From the IMG/VR virus record IMGVR_UViG_3300042483_000388: DNA of 64,000 nucleotides. One strand, given 5' to 3'. Positions within the stretch are counted from its first letter, which is position 1. Each line of letters starts with the position of its first letter. The notes beneath the pieces were generated by a model. It made no database searches. It was not told the origin of the DNA and saw only the letters and a list, made by a program, of their open reading frames with translations. This document shows positions 17,968 to 27,553 of the stretch, one piece after another. A program made the translations under genes and the position numbers. Source of the stretch: a virus. Lineage: Duplodnaviria; Caudoviricetes.

Positions 17968-18462
17968 ATGTTTAAAAGAATTAAATGGTGGATAGAGGAT
18001 GTGTATTACAATACCATCAATGGTGTCAGGTCGATCATAAAATATACACCAACGGTTTTTAGAATGAGAGATTATGATAGAGACTTTACCGTTTTAATAT
18101 TCAAAAAGAGTTTAGAACAACTTTGCGATAGGATTGAATTCAAAGGGAGTGAGGTTGAGGATGAAAGAATGAAAAAGGTTAAAGACATGAGACGAGTGAT
18201 TGAATTGATGGATAATTTTCTTGCTGATAATTATCTTGAAAGATCTGGGTATGATGATAATTTTAAAATTACATTTGAAAAATATTCTGATTCGGATAAA
18301 CTTTACCAATTAAAGGATACCTGCACTAAAGAACAAAAAAAACGTAACGATAACTCAATTAAATTGGCTCATAAGTTAGAAAACAATGAGTGGAACGAGA
18401 TTTGGGACACAATTAAAAAGGGAAAAGAATCAAACATTGGCCTTCAGGGTTGGTGGGACTAA
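17968..18462 (+). CDS. Hypothetical phage protein (ends GWWD)
   Basis: ORF track. Confidence 0.65.
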   Translation: MFKRIKWWIEDVYYNTINGVRSIIKYTPTVFRMRDYDRDFTVLIFKKSLEQLCDRIEFKGSEVEDERMKKVKDMRRVIELMDNFLADNYLERSGYDDNFKITFEKYSDSDKLYQLKDTCTKEQKKRNDNSIKLAHKLENNEWNEIWDTIKKGKESNIGLQGWWD

Positions 18463-18472
18463 AATTAAAAAA

Positions 18473-18694
18473 ATGGAAAATAGAAGTAAACATTACGGAG
18501 ACGTGGTAAAATGGGTTGAAAAAGTAATTGATTCTTGTGAAACGTATCAACAAATATTAAGCGCTAAAATGTTAATACATAATTTTGATGAACAAATGTA
18601 TCGTAACAAATTAAATATAAGTTTGATTTGGAGTATAAGAGCCTCATTGGATTTGTCGTTGTCTTTTAAGCGAAATGAAATAATGGGAAAATAA
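18473..18694 (+). CDS. Hypothetical protein
   Basis: Start moved to ATG18473. Confidence 0.6.
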   Translation: MENRSKHYGDVVKWVEKVIDSCETYQQILSAKMLIHNFDEQMYRNKLNISLIWSIRASLDLSLSFKRNEIMGK

Positions 18695-18703
18695 TTTAAG
18701 AAT

Positions 18704-18958
18704 ATGGAAGGTAAATTAGATAAATTAGAAAATGAATGGCTTATTCGTTATGTTAAAAATAATGACATTGTTTATTATGATTTATGTGATGAAAGTAAAA
18801 AATGGACCAATAAAGATAATATTGCAAAAATTTTAAAAAAAGATGACGAAATTGTCTTTGATTTGGTTACTAGTGGAAGATTTAGTAAATCTCAGGATAT
18901 GATTGTAAAAGAATTTTGTGGAAAAATAAGGTATTTTGATCCTAAAAATATAAAATAA
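18704..18958 (+). CDS. Hypothetical protein
   Basis: ORF track. Confidence 0.55.
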   Translation: MEGKLDKLENEWLIRYVKNNDIVYYDLCDESKKWTNKDNIAKILKKDDEIVFDLVTSGRFSKSQDMIVKEFCGKIRYFDPKNIK

Positions 18959-18973
18959 TTAATTACCTAAAAT

Positions 18974-19402
18974 ATGGTAGATATAGATAATTATAAAATT
19001 ATTAAATATTCATACAAATTAAGTAATGAAGAATTAATAATGGAGTTATGGGAAAAGATGACTTTCGAAGACACCCAATGGTCGGTTAAATTAACTCTGG
19101 AAGGAATTTGTGATACGTCAGAAGAAGGAACACCACAGTCGTGGGATATTATATTGGTAGAACCAAAACTTGAGGAAAAAGTTGAAAAGATTCTATACAA
19201 ATACGATATTGAATATCTTAAAGAAGACATAACAGATTTATTAATAACGAATACGAGTAGTTTTACTGCAAATTTTTTGGGTAAACTTTATGATTATTTA
19301 GATGACAACTTAACGGTAAATGGTATTTTAGATAATATAAATGAAATCGGTATTGACAACATAAGTGTTTTTGAAAGACATTACCTAAACCAAATAAAAT
19401 AA
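18974..19402 (+). CDS. Hypothetical protein
   Basis: ORF track. Confidence 0.65.
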   Translation: MVDIDNYKIIKYSYKLSNEELIMELWEKMTFEDTQWSVKLTLEGICDTSEEGTPQSWDIILVEPKLEEKVEKILYKYDIEYLKEDITDLLITNTSSFTANFLGKLYDYLDDNLTVNGILDNINEIGIDNISVFERHYLNQIK

Positions 19403-19414
19403 CATTAAGTTTTA

Positions 19415-19624
19415 ATGGAAGAACGATTTTTAGAAAAATCAACATTTTTTTTCATGATGGCATCACCATTATTTGGGTTTATAACCGTTATCTTATGGTT
19501 GGTATGTAAAATATTAAACATACCGGATGAATCAATATTTGTTGATTTAATTTATGTTTGTTTATTTGCATGGATTGGACTATCAATTATATTTTTATTA
19601 TTATTCATCATATCTTATTTTTAA
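19415..19624 (+). CDS. Two-TM membrane protein
   Basis: Two hydrophobic helices. Confidence 0.55.
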   Translation: MEERFLEKSTFFFMMASPLFGFITVILWLVCKILNIPDESIFVDLIYVCLFAWIGLSIIFLLLFIISYF

Positions 19625-19627
19625 ATT

Positions 19628-19876
19628 ATGTTAGAAGGAATTGTTGAATATTTCCAAGATGAGGAGATTCTTAAAGCCGATGGGTTTGATGATGCGGTAA
19701 TTGGTATTGATACCGGAACGATGAGGTTAATCTATTCTGTAACCCGTTGTGTTGAAATATTAATAGTGGATGGTATGGATATGAATGAAGCAATTGAATA
19801 TTTTGATTTTAACGTTAGAGGTAGTTATGTTGGTGAAAAGACACCAATATGGTGTGATGATATGTATATACTTTAA
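19628..19876 (+). CDS. Hypothetical phage protein (ADGFDDAVIG...EYFDFNVRGSYVGEKTP)
   Basis: Motif pattern I associate with a conserved phage family. Confidence 0.7.
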   Translation: MLEGIVEYFQDEEILKADGFDDAVIGIDTGTMRLIYSVTRCVEILIVDGMDMNEAIEYFDFNVRGSYVGEKTPIWCDDMYIL

Positions 19877-19924
19877 AAAATAAAAAATCCAACAGGAAAA
19901 AAATAGGTGAAAAAATAAGTTAAG

Positions 19925-20230
19925 ATGGGATTTGATGATAAAATAATGAATTTAAGTAGGACGATATATCAAACGTCGGTGATGGATCACGTATCAAAAA
20001 AAAATCCAACAGGTCAAATTGATAAAATAAAAAATATGATCCGAGAGTTTATTAGAATGGAAGTGGTTCCATATGAATTAACAAACCAAGAAAAACTATC
20101 ATTCATTCTTGATAATGAGTATAAAATTACTTTTGCGGTTTTGAACGGACATCGGGCTAACAATGGTGATGAGTTCCAAAAAACAAGAGTTAAAATTGAA
20201 AAATACAGAAAAGAATTAAAAATATTATGA
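19925..20230 (+). CDS. Hypothetical protein
   Basis: ORF track. Confidence 0.6.
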   Translation: MGFDDKIMNLSRTIYQTSVMDHVSKKNPTGQIDKIKNMIREFIRMEVVPYELTNQEKLSFILDNEYKITFAVLNGHRANNGDEFQKTRVKIEKYRKELKIL

Positions 20231-20457
20231 GTGAAAAAATAACACCTTACATAGGGTCGGATGGGGATTTTTATATGGACGACGACGAAATAAAATTATG
20301 GGACAACACATTAATGGATGGACTTAAAGAAATTAAAGTTGAGGAAGTAATTGACAAAATCAGAAATTATTACAATACCTGTTGTGATATTGATGGAAGA
20401 CCACCATCTAAAATAGAATTCAACGAGTTTCTTGATTCATTAGAAAAAAAATTGTAG
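20227..20457 (+). CDS. Hypothetical protein
   Basis: ORF track. Confidence 0.6.
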   Translation: MSEKITPYIGSDGDFYMDDDEIKLWDNTLMDGLKEIKVEEVIDKIRNYYNTCCDIDGRPPSKIEFNEFLDSLEKKL

Positions 20458-20466
20458 ATTTGTCCT

Positions 20467-20712
20467 ATGGGAAAAATAACAATAGAATTTGATTCGGTAG
20501 AAGAATCACAAGATGCAAGAGTGGCACTTGATGGTTATAAATGGAAATTAGCAATGTGGGATCTTGATCAAAAGTTAAGAGCGACAACCAAACACGGAAT
20601 CAAGTTTTATTCCAATGAAGAAGCGTCAAGTGAGGAAATGGAAATCTGTGAAAAAATAAGAGATGAAATCAGAGAGACTCTTGATGGTTATGGTTTAAAT
20701 TTAAACGATTAA
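20467..20712 (+). CDS. Hypothetical phage protein
   Basis: ORF track. Confidence 0.65.
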   Translation: MGKITIEFDSVEESQDARVALDGYKWKLAMWDLDQKLRATTKHGIKFYSNEEASSEEMEICEKIRDEIRETLDGYGLNLND

Positions 20713-20718
20713 AAAGAT

Positions 20719-20919
20719 ATGAAACAAACAGCAGTAGAATGGTTATTTAATGAATTAAAAGTAGGTGACAAAGTTAAGACTAATCTTTCAGGAATGGCTA
20801 TTGTAATAGAAGTAGGATGCTATGGAGGTAAAATGATAAAACTTAAATGTGATAAACCAAAATGGTCTTGTCCTTACTTTTATGAACGTGAATTAGATTT
20901 AACCTTTAAATCAGAATAA
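20719..20919 (+). CDS. MKQTAVEWL-family small protein with KOW/SH3-like core
   Basis: Starts MKQTAVEWL, ends LTFKSE. Confidence 0.65.
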   Translation: MKQTAVEWLFNELKVGDKVKTNLSGMAIVIEVGCYGGKMIKLKCDKPKWSCPYFYERELDLTFKSE

Positions 20920-20923
20920 GATG
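20898..20923 (+). repeat. Cassette junction repeat TTTAACCTTTAAATCAGAATAAGATG
   Basis: Identical 26-nt copy at 21723-21748; partial copies at 21123, 21514, 22641. Confidence 0.8.
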
Positions 20924-21139
20924 AAAGCAAGAATCATAAAAAGAACAAATGTAGATGGCAGAGTTGAATTTGTAATACAGCAAAGACACTTCTTATTTCG
21001 ATGGTGGTGGGTAGATGCTTGGTTGAATAATGATGCATGGACAATAGATAGTTTTCCTACATTAGAACAAGCACAAAACCACTTATGCTACTTTAACGGA
21101 AGCAAAGGCAAAGAAGAAGTAATTAACCTTTCAAAATAA
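20921..21139 (+). CDS. Hypothetical small protein
   Basis: Starts at junction ATG. Confidence 0.65.
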   Translation: MKARIIKRTNVDGRVEFVIQQRHFLFRWWWVDAWLNNDAWTIDSFPTLEQAQNHLCYFNGSKGKEEVINLSK

Positions 21140-21140
21140 G

Positions 21141-21527
21141 ATGAATACAATAGAGTTCAAACAGAAACTAAAAGAACATATTGATTTACAATATGAAAGA
21201 TTGAAGGAAACAAGAAACTTAGAAAAAAGTTTTGAAGGTCTTAATATATGGGAAAAAAAGTTCCAAAAAATTGAAATTGCAGAAAGTATTTTATTAGAAT
21301 ACATTGAAACACTAAAATACACCAAAAAAAGATGGTTTGGAAAATCTGAAGTCCTTTACAGGGATGTTAAAGATTGGGAGTTTTATAATTTCTATTTAGA
21401 AAAAGGTGCAAGATATTGTGGACATGGGACTTTATCAGATGAACAAAATAGACAAGGATATAGGGATTTTATGGACCCACTAAGAGAAGCACAAAGTATA
21501 CTTAACCAAATAATTAAATCAGAATAG
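21141..21527 (+). CDS. Hypothetical protein (ends IKSE)
   Basis: Starts at junction ATG. Confidence 0.65.
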   Translation: MNTIEFKQKLKEHIDLQYERLKETRNLEKSFEGLNIWEKKFQKIEIAESILLEYIETLKYTKKRWFGKSEVLYRDVKDWEFYNFYLEKGARYCGHGTLSDEQNRQGYRDFMDPLREAQSILNQIIKSE

Positions 21528-21528
21528 T

Positions 21529-21744
21529 ATGAAACAGACAGCAGTAGAGTGGTTAGTTGAAGAGTTACCACACCTTGAAGCAAAACTTCTTAGAAAGATA
21601 ATTGAACAAGCCAAAGAAATGGAGAAAGAGCAGATAATAGATTTTGGGTATGATATAGCAGAAGATTTAGCTTGTGGTAAGTATAGAGATAAAAAAGCTA
21701 TGGAAGAAAGATATAATGAATATTTAACCTTTAAATCAGAATAA
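21529..21744 (+). CDS. MKQTAVEWL-family small protein
   Basis: IIEQAKEMEKEQI; ends LTFKSE. Confidence 0.7.
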   Translation: MKQTAVEWLVEELPHLEAKLLRKIIEQAKEMEKEQIIDFGYDIAEDLACGKYRDKKAMEERYNEYLTFKSE

Positions 21745-21748
21745 GATG
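21723..21748 (+). repeat. Cassette junction repeat, second full copy
   Basis: Identical to 20898-20923. Confidence 0.8.
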
Positions 21749-21835
21749 TGGGTAAGAAATGTAAGCGGATGGGTTTTCTTTGAGGTAACATACACAATTC
21801 AAGGAATACCAATGATTATACCAAAGAAAAAATAA
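21746..21835 (+). CDS. 29-aa peptide starting at junction ATG; absent from ORF track
   Basis: MWVRNVSGWVFFEVTYTIQGIPMIIPKKK. Confidence 0.35.
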   Translation: MWVRNVSGWVFFEVTYTIQGIPMIIPKKK

Positions 21836-21892
21836 ATGCAATGGTATATTGCCAACAAGGATTTTAAAAATAAAACAAAATAAATAAAAAAT

Positions 21893-22342
21893 ATGAAAAA
21901 ATTAATGATTAGTATCGCGTTAATGTTAAACTTAAATGTTAATGCACAATGGATGAACAAAAATATTAATAATGGGTTTGATGATCCTTATCGGATATGT
22001 TATACCGCAGAAAATAATGGATCAGTTTTAAAGTTAGAAAATGTGGACGGATCAATATTTTTTTATCTTCAGGGTGGGTATACTTGTGATGAATACCCAA
22101 CGGTAGACTTATCTTTTTTAGTTAATGGTTCTTATGTGAAATACTCTGAACCTATGGAAGTTTCTGAAGATAGAACAATTATATGGATAGTCGATAACTT
22201 AATGGAAAGCACTATACTTAACGACTTTAAACTATGTAGTTTATTAAAAATTAGGGTAAATGATATAACTTGCTCATCTGAAGTTTTTACCTTTAACATG
22301 GGAGGAAGCACATCGGCACTTAAGTTTATTGGTGAGAAATAA
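21893..22342 (+). CDS. Secreted hypothetical protein
   Basis: Signal peptide MKKLMISIALMLNLNVNAQ. Confidence 0.7.
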   Translation: MKKLMISIALMLNLNVNAQWMNKNINNGFDDPYRICYTAENNGSVLKLENVDGSIFFYLQGGYTCDEYPTVDLSFLVNGSYVKYSEPMEVSEDRTIIWIVDNLMESTILNDFKLCSLLKIRVNDITCSSEVFTFNMGGSTSALKFIGEK

Positions 22343-22650
22343 TGAATAACCTAGATAAACAGTTAAATAAAATAACATCAAGAATAGATGTAGAAGAGTT
22401 TAACCGTAACGCAAAAGAAGTCTTTGAAAATGAGGTTGTCCCACAAATAAAGAGAGCTAAAGAAGATAATATGACAGCAGTAGAATGGTTGGGTAAAGAA
22501 TTAGAATCATATGGCGATCCGGGATATTGTAAAATAGAATGGGAAACATTAGATTTACTAATACAACAAGCCAAAGAAATGGATAAGGAAAATTTAGAAT
22601 CCCTCAAGGATTTTGAGACTTGGAAAGAATGGAAAAACAAAACAGAATAA
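22342..22650 (+). CDS. Fusion protein with internal MTAVEWL module
   Basis: MTAVEWL...IQQAKEMDKE. Confidence 0.65.
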   Translation: MNNLDKQLNKITSRIDVEEFNRNAKEVFENEVVPQIKRAKEDNMTAVEWLGKELESYGDPGYCKIEWETLDLLIQQAKEMDKENLESLKDFETWKEWKNKTE

Positions 22651-22651
22651 G

Positions 22652-22897
22652 ATGAGTTACTACAGAATACAAATTGAAGAACTCCAAAACGGAGAAAAAA
22701 GGTATATACCACAAAAAGGTGAATTACATATCTCACGTAGTTGGATACAACGACAAGAAATTAGATGGAGAAGTATTGGTGATGCTAGATATATCAGTGA
22801 AACTGAAGCTATGATTATTATTGATCAACATAAAAAGTCAGAGGAAATTCAAAGACAGACACAGGTCGTATCTTCAACATATAAAATGATTGACTAA
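22652..22897 (+). CDS. Hypothetical protein
   Basis: Start moved to junction ATG22652. Confidence 0.6.
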   Translation: MSYYRIQIEELQNGEKRYIPQKGELHISRSWIQRQEIRWRSIGDARYISETEAMIIIDQHKKSEEIQRQTQVVSSTYKMID

Positions 22898-23730
22898 TGA
22901 ATAAGGCCGATAACTATTACATTCAAAACATTCAAAAAATTATGTCAGAAGGTTCTTGGGATGAAAATCCAAGACCAAAATATCCTGATGGAACACCAGC
23001 AAACTCAAGATTTATCACGCAGGTGTTTGAGGAATACGATATTTCAAAAGGAGAATACCCAATTCCGACATTACGAAATACCGCAATCAAAACAGGTATT
23101 AAAGAGATACTATGGATTTATCAAAAACAAAGTTCATCATTGGAGGTTGCTCGTGAAATGGGTGTTAATTGGTGGGACGAATGGAATATTGGTGATGATA
23201 CAATCGGACAAAGATATGGTGCGACAATCAAAAGATATGATTTGATGAATAAACTGTTGGGTGATTTGGTTAGTGATCCATTTGGTAGAAGACACATTAT
23301 GAATATGTATCAGGAACAAGATTTATGGGAAACTAATGGATTATTCCCTTGTGCTTATGAAACAATATGGTCAGTTAGAAAAGTGGATGATGAGTTAGTT
23401 CTTGATATGACTTTAATCCAAAGATCCTCAGATTTTTTAATTGCTGGATTCATAAACAAAATACAATATCTAGCATTACAAATGATGGTTGCCGGACATT
23501 GTGGATATAAGGTTGGAAAGTTTTGTCATTTGACTCAGAATCTTCATATCTATGATCGTCATTTTGATGCTGTCACAGAAATAATTCACAGAATACCCTT
23601 TGAAGAAAATTACCCATATATTGTCTTGGGTGGGAATAAGGATTTCTATAATTACACAATCGATGATTTCAAAATTTACAACACAAATGACATAAAAAAA
23701 ATTGATAACCACTTAGAGTTAGCAATATAA
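22897..23730 (+). CDS. thyA: Thymidylate synthase
   Basis: EILWI, GRRHI, catalytic PCAY, QRSSDF...N, HIYDRH. Confidence 0.92.
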   Translation: MNKADNYYIQNIQKIMSEGSWDENPRPKYPDGTPANSRFITQVFEEYDISKGEYPIPTLRNTAIKTGIKEILWIYQKQSSSLEVAREMGVNWWDEWNIGDDTIGQRYGATIKRYDLMNKLLGDLVSDPFGRRHIMNMYQEQDLWETNGLFPCAYETIWSVRKVDDELVLDMTLIQRSSDFLIAGFINKIQYLALQMMVAGHCGYKVGKFCHLTQNLHIYDRHFDAVTEIIHRIPFEENYPYIVLGGNKDFYNYTIDDFKIYNTNDIKKIDNHLELAI

Positions 23731-23746
23731 CTTAATAATAAAAAAA

Positions 23747-24067
23747 ATGAAAGAACAAGAAATTAAGAAAGAAACAACACCAAAGAAAAAATATTATAAA
23801 CCAAAAATGAAAAGAGAAATTTTAGAAATTGACGTTCCTAAAATTGGAGATAAAATCCATGTCGTAGTTGCAAATTCAGAAAAACCATATTTTGAATACA
23901 AAAAACTAATAACAAATAAAAATGTTGGTAGTTATTTTATGGGTAATGGAAAAGGATTCCATATCTATTTGGAGAAAAAACCAAATTGGTTACATAGAAA
24001 ATGTATGGAACTATTTTTAGGTTGGAAATGGATAGAAAATAATGAGGTAAAATCACATAAATTTTAA
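23747..24067 (+). CDS. Hypothetical protein
   Basis: ORF track. Confidence 0.55.
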   Translation: MKEQEIKKETTPKKKYYKPKMKREILEIDVPKIGDKIHVVVANSEKPYFEYKKLITNKNVGSYFMGNGKGFHIYLEKKPNWLHRKCMELFLGWKWIENNEVKSHKF

Positions 24068-24076
24068 AATAAATCA

Positions 24077-24083
24077 TATTTAT
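24077..24083 (+). promoter_or_regulatory. TATTTAT motif
   Basis: Upstream of endolysin-like gene. Confidence 0.55.
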
Positions 24084-24098
24084 CATTAAAAGATAATT

Positions 24099-24980
24099 AT
24101 GAAAGTATTAAAGTTAGGATCAAAAGGTAAAGAAGTGGAGGATCTACAAAGATACCTAAAAATAAAGGTTGACGGAGATTTTGGTGTTAAAACGGAAGAA
24201 TCTGTTAAAAAATTCCAAAAGGAAAACAAATTAACCCCAGATGGTATTGTAGGTCAAAAAACTTGGAATGCTATGGGATTTGTATCAACAGATCTATCTG
24301 AAACAATAATTACAACAGAAAAGTTAATTATAGATCAAAAATATATGGATAGCGATGAATATCTTCTTGGGCCAACCAAAAAAGAATATTTGTTTTTACA
24401 CCACACCGCAGGAGGACATGACCCATATGCTGTTGGTAAAATGTGGAATAATGATACAAGAGGTAGAATAGGAACTGAATTTATTTTAGGTGGACAATCA
24501 GTGTTCAACGGGAACGACATTTATGATGGAACAATTGTTCAATGTTTTCCTGAAGGATCTTACGCTTGGCACTTAGGTGATAATGGATCTGATTATATGC
24601 ATTCACACTCAGTTGGAATTGAAACTTGTAATTTTGGACCAATCAAAAATGGTTTAACATATACAGGTCAAAAGGCTAACCAAGATCAAATTGTTACTTT
24701 ATCTAAAGAATTTAGAGGACATAAAACTTGGCATAGATATTCTGACCGGCAGATTCTTAAACTAAAAGAATTAATTTTATTTATTGGTAACAGAGATAAT
24801 ATAGACATTCACACAGGGTTAATTCAAGGGATCAAAAAAAATGGGGCTGGTGGATTTGATTTTAATTCGGACGCTTATTATGGTAAGGTTAAAGGTATGT
24901 GGACGCACACCAATACCAGAAAAGACAAAACAGATATGTTTCCACAACAGGAATTAATGGATATGTTGTTGAGTATCTAA
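24099..24980 (+). CDS. Endolysin-like N-acetylmuramoyl-L-alanine amidase with N-terminal PG-binding domain
   Basis: LKLGSKGKEVEDLQ...DGDFG...FQ...DGIVG; LHHTAG, AWHLG, GIETC, WTH...KTD. Confidence 0.85.
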   Translation: MKVLKLGSKGKEVEDLQRYLKIKVDGDFGVKTEESVKKFQKENKLTPDGIVGQKTWNAMGFVSTDLSETIITTEKLIIDQKYMDSDEYLLGPTKKEYLFLHHTAGGHDPYAVGKMWNNDTRGRIGTEFILGGQSVFNGNDIYDGTIVQCFPEGSYAWHLGDNGSDYMHSHSVGIETCNFGPIKNGLTYTGQKANQDQIVTLSKEFRGHKTWHRYSDRQILKLKELILFIGNRDNIDIHTGLIQGIKKNGAGGFDFNSDAYYGKVKGMWTHTNTRKDKTDMFPQQELMDMLLSI

Positions 24981-24990
24981 TTTATTTTTG

Positions 24991-24998
24991 TATATTTG
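24991..24998 (+). promoter_or_regulatory. TAnnTTTG element
   Basis: TATATTTG, 4 nt before ATG25003. Confidence 0.75.
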
Positions 24999-25002
24999 TA
25001 TT

Positions 25003-25695
25003 ATGAAACTCTCCATAATATCTGATACTCACAACAAACACAAACACGTTACAGGTGATTTACCTGGTGGCGATTTGTTAATTCACTCGGGAGACATTTC
25101 TTCTATGGGTTACGAACACGAGATTACTCAGTTTGCTGATTGGTATGACAAAATTGCAACTTACGATCATAAAGTATTCATTGCTGGTAATCACGATTGG
25201 GGTTTCCAAAACAATGTTGAAAAAGTAAAAGGATTGTTAACGGGATATAAAACTATTGATTATATCCAAGACGAGTTAATAACCATACAAGATGGTAATG
25301 GACCTGAAGTTAAAATTTGGGGTAGTCCTTGGCAACCTGAGTTCTATAATTGGGCGTTTAACCTTCCTCGCAATGGGGAAGAGTTGAAAGCGGTATGGGA
25401 TATGATTCCTGAAGGAATCGATATCTTGATTACTCACGGACCAGCTTGGGGAATGTTAGATGATGTTGAAGGTAACCGAAATGTTCACTTGGGTTGTGAA
25501 TTACTTGCTGAACGAATCAAACAGATCAAACCTAAGATCCACATCTGTGGGCACATCCATAGTGGACACGGACACTACTACGATGGTCATACACACTACT
25601 TCAATGCTGCGGTGTTGAATGAGCGATACCTTTATTCTCACAAGCCTTGGATTATTGATTGGAATCCAACAACTAACGAAATTGATTTTTTATAA
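25003..25695 (+). CDS. Metallophosphoesterase (MPPED2/239FB-like)
   Basis: ISDTH, HSGD, IAGNHD, ITHGP, GHIH; start moved to 25003. Confidence 0.88.
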   Translation: MKLSIISDTHNKHKHVTGDLPGGDLLIHSGDISSMGYEHEITQFADWYDKIATYDHKVFIAGNHDWGFQNNVEKVKGLLTGYKTIDYIQDELITIQDGNGPEVKIWGSPWQPEFYNWAFNLPRNGEELKAVWDMIPEGIDILITHGPAWGMLDDVEGNRNVHLGCELLAERIKQIKPKIHICGHIHSGHGHYYDGHTHYFNAAVLNERYLYSHKPWIIDWNPTTNEIDFL

Positions 25696-25701
25696 ATAAA
25701 T

Positions 25702-25729
25702 AAAGTAGGACCAAAAAGCCTACTTTTTT
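25702..25729 (+). terminator. Rho-independent terminator
   Basis: AAAGTAGG...CCTACTTT plus T-run. Confidence 0.75.
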
Positions 25730-25740
25730 GTTTTACCTTA

Positions 25741-25747
25741 TATTTAT
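25741..25747 (+). promoter_or_regulatory. TATTTAT motif
   Basis: Upstream of ferritin-like gene. Confidence 0.55.
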
Positions 25748-25761
25748 AATAAAATTGAATT

Positions 25762-26382
25762 ATGAAAAAAGGTGATTTAACGTCAAAATTATATGATGAA
25801 TTAAAGAAAAGAAACTTGTTTGAAGAAGATAACGAAGAAGACGATAACGAATATTCGGATAATGATGATGAAGATAATGATGATTCGGAAAGTAATGGTC
25901 TTTATAAATTAAGTAGTAAAGCTATTAAAATTTTAACTGATAGAATTAAAGACGAATACACCGCTCATTATTATTATAGAGCTGCCGCTAACTGGTGTCA
26001 GGATATGAACTATAAGAAAGCTGCTGAGTTCTTTAAGAATGAGGCTAAAGATGAATTAAAACACTCACAGAAACTTCAAGAGTATATGACGGATTTTAAT
26101 ATCATCCCTGAAATACCACAAGCCCCAACTAAACACTCATTTAATAATTTAATTGGTATTATTACTGGAGCGTATAAAATGGAGTTAGGTTTGATGAAAG
26201 CATATAATAAAGACTCACTTAGCCTATTCAAAGAAGACATCACTACTTTTGATTTTTTAACCGAATTTAGGGAGATTCAAAAAGGTGCCGTTGTGGAATA
26301 TAACGATTTAATTAATGCTAGTGAATTGATAGATAAGACAGATAAGTTCCAAGTATTGTATTTCGAACAAACTTATTTCTAA
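25762..26382 (+). CDS. Ferritin-like protein with N-terminal leader and acidic tract
   Basis: EYTAHYYY...FFKNEAKDELKHSQKL...E...FL...Q..E ferroxidase-type pattern. Confidence 0.8.
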   Translation: MKKGDLTSKLYDELKKRNLFEEDNEEDDNEYSDNDDEDNDDSESNGLYKLSSKAIKILTDRIKDEYTAHYYYRAAANWCQDMNYKKAAEFFKNEAKDELKHSQKLQEYMTDFNIIPEIPQAPTKHSFNNLIGIITGAYKMELGLMKAYNKDSLSLFKEDITTFDFLTEFREIQKGAVVEYNDLINASELIDKTDKFQVLYFEQTYF

Positions 26383-27227
26383 AGTTTTACAGGAGCCGAA
26401 GTCATAACATAAATATCGTCCTCACTAGTGCCTGTAAAATCTCCGGAATATTTGTGTAAAATATAATGATAGTCTACCATATCTTCCCACCTTTCCGAAT
26501 CATTAGATCGAACAAACAATACATCTTTCGACATTAATTCATCAATCTCTTCATCGGTTAAAATTTTATCCTCTTCAATACCTAAGGAATATGTATTAAA
26601 TGTAATACAGGTTATCTCGTCAATATTGTAATATTCTGTATCAGATTCCATCTCTCCAGCACCCCCACAATAATCACATTCAATATATCCGTTACCATCA
26701 CAACCACTACACGTTTGATAGCCGTCACCATTACATTCAGAACAATCGTTACTTCCATCACCATCACAACTATAGCAAGCATTGCCTTCCTCATCTTCAC
26801 CTGAACCACTACAATCACTACAAATTTCATTACCACTTCCATCACAACTATAACAATCCACCGTTCCATTACGATTACAATTATCGCAGTCTTCCCTCCC
26901 ATAACCATCACACTCGTCACAAGTTTCTGTTACGGTATCGGGTTCATCATAATTTATTAACTCATATGTTAATAAATTATTTGCGATCATAGACTCAATT
27001 TTTGAAATATCTACGTTTTTATATAGTAAAGTAGTAATAAACACAACTTTATATGTATCCGATTCGGATAATCGTGAAGTTAAGAGAGTTAATAATTCGT
27101 CCGATTTAATTAAATTAAATATCTTGGTTGGATTTGTTAAGATTACATTATTATCCCCAATCTCATCTTTTAGATGGTTTAATATTTGTTTTCCAAAAAC
27201 TCTAAGTTTATTAAATGGTAGTGACAT
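26379..27227 (-). CDS. Protein with tandem DnaJ-type CxxCxGxG zinc-finger repeats
   Basis: About seven CxxCxGxG-like units; TATTTAT on - strand at 27239-27233. Confidence 0.75.
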   Translation of the reverse strand: MSLPFNKLRVFGKQILNHLKDEIGDNNVILTNPTKIFNLIKSDELLTLLTSRLSESDTYKVVFITTLLYKNVDISKIESMIANNLLTYELINYDEPDTVTETCDECDGYGREDCDNCNRNGTVDCYSCDGSGNEICSDCSGSGEDEEGNACYSCDGDGSNDCSECNGDGYQTCSGCDGNGYIECDYCGGAGEMESDTEYYNIDEITCITFNTYSLGIEEDKILTDEEIDELMSKDVLFVRSNDSERWEDMVDYHYILHKYSGDFTGTSEDDIYVMTSAPVKL

Positions 27228-27255
27228 TACATATAAATATATTATATTTTTAAAT

Positions 27256-27549
27256 ATGTCAACAATAATATATGAAGGTAAGGTAGATCAACAAATATTT
27301 AATTATTTGGTCAGACATTATAAAGTGGTATTTATACCAAATGATAACCATATTGATTTACCAAGTTTAATTATAGAAGACGATAGGAACTTTCAAATTG
27401 AGGGCAATCGAAAATACTTGAAACAAAAGATATTCAATTTAATTGAAGAAAGAAAACCTGAGTTAGTTGTGGGGAAAGAAAACATTGCAACAACATATAA
27501 AACAATAAAACACTTTTTAGAAAGTGCTTCAAAAATTAAAAAAACTTAA
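27256..27549 (+). CDS. Hypothetical protein
   Basis: Start moved to ATG27256. Confidence 0.6.
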   Translation: MSTIIYEGKVDQQIFNYLVRHYKVVFIPNDNHIDLPSLIIEDDRNFQIEGNRKYLKQKIFNLIEERKPELVVGKENIATTYKTIKHFLESASKIKKT

Positions 27550-27553
27550 AACT

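Noticed and set aside
19882-20013. 15-nt direct repeat AAAAAATCCAACAGG (19882, 19999), loosely similar to the start of the array gene at 6539
   Set aside because: Short, A-rich and only two exact copies; could be chance or a small local duplication.
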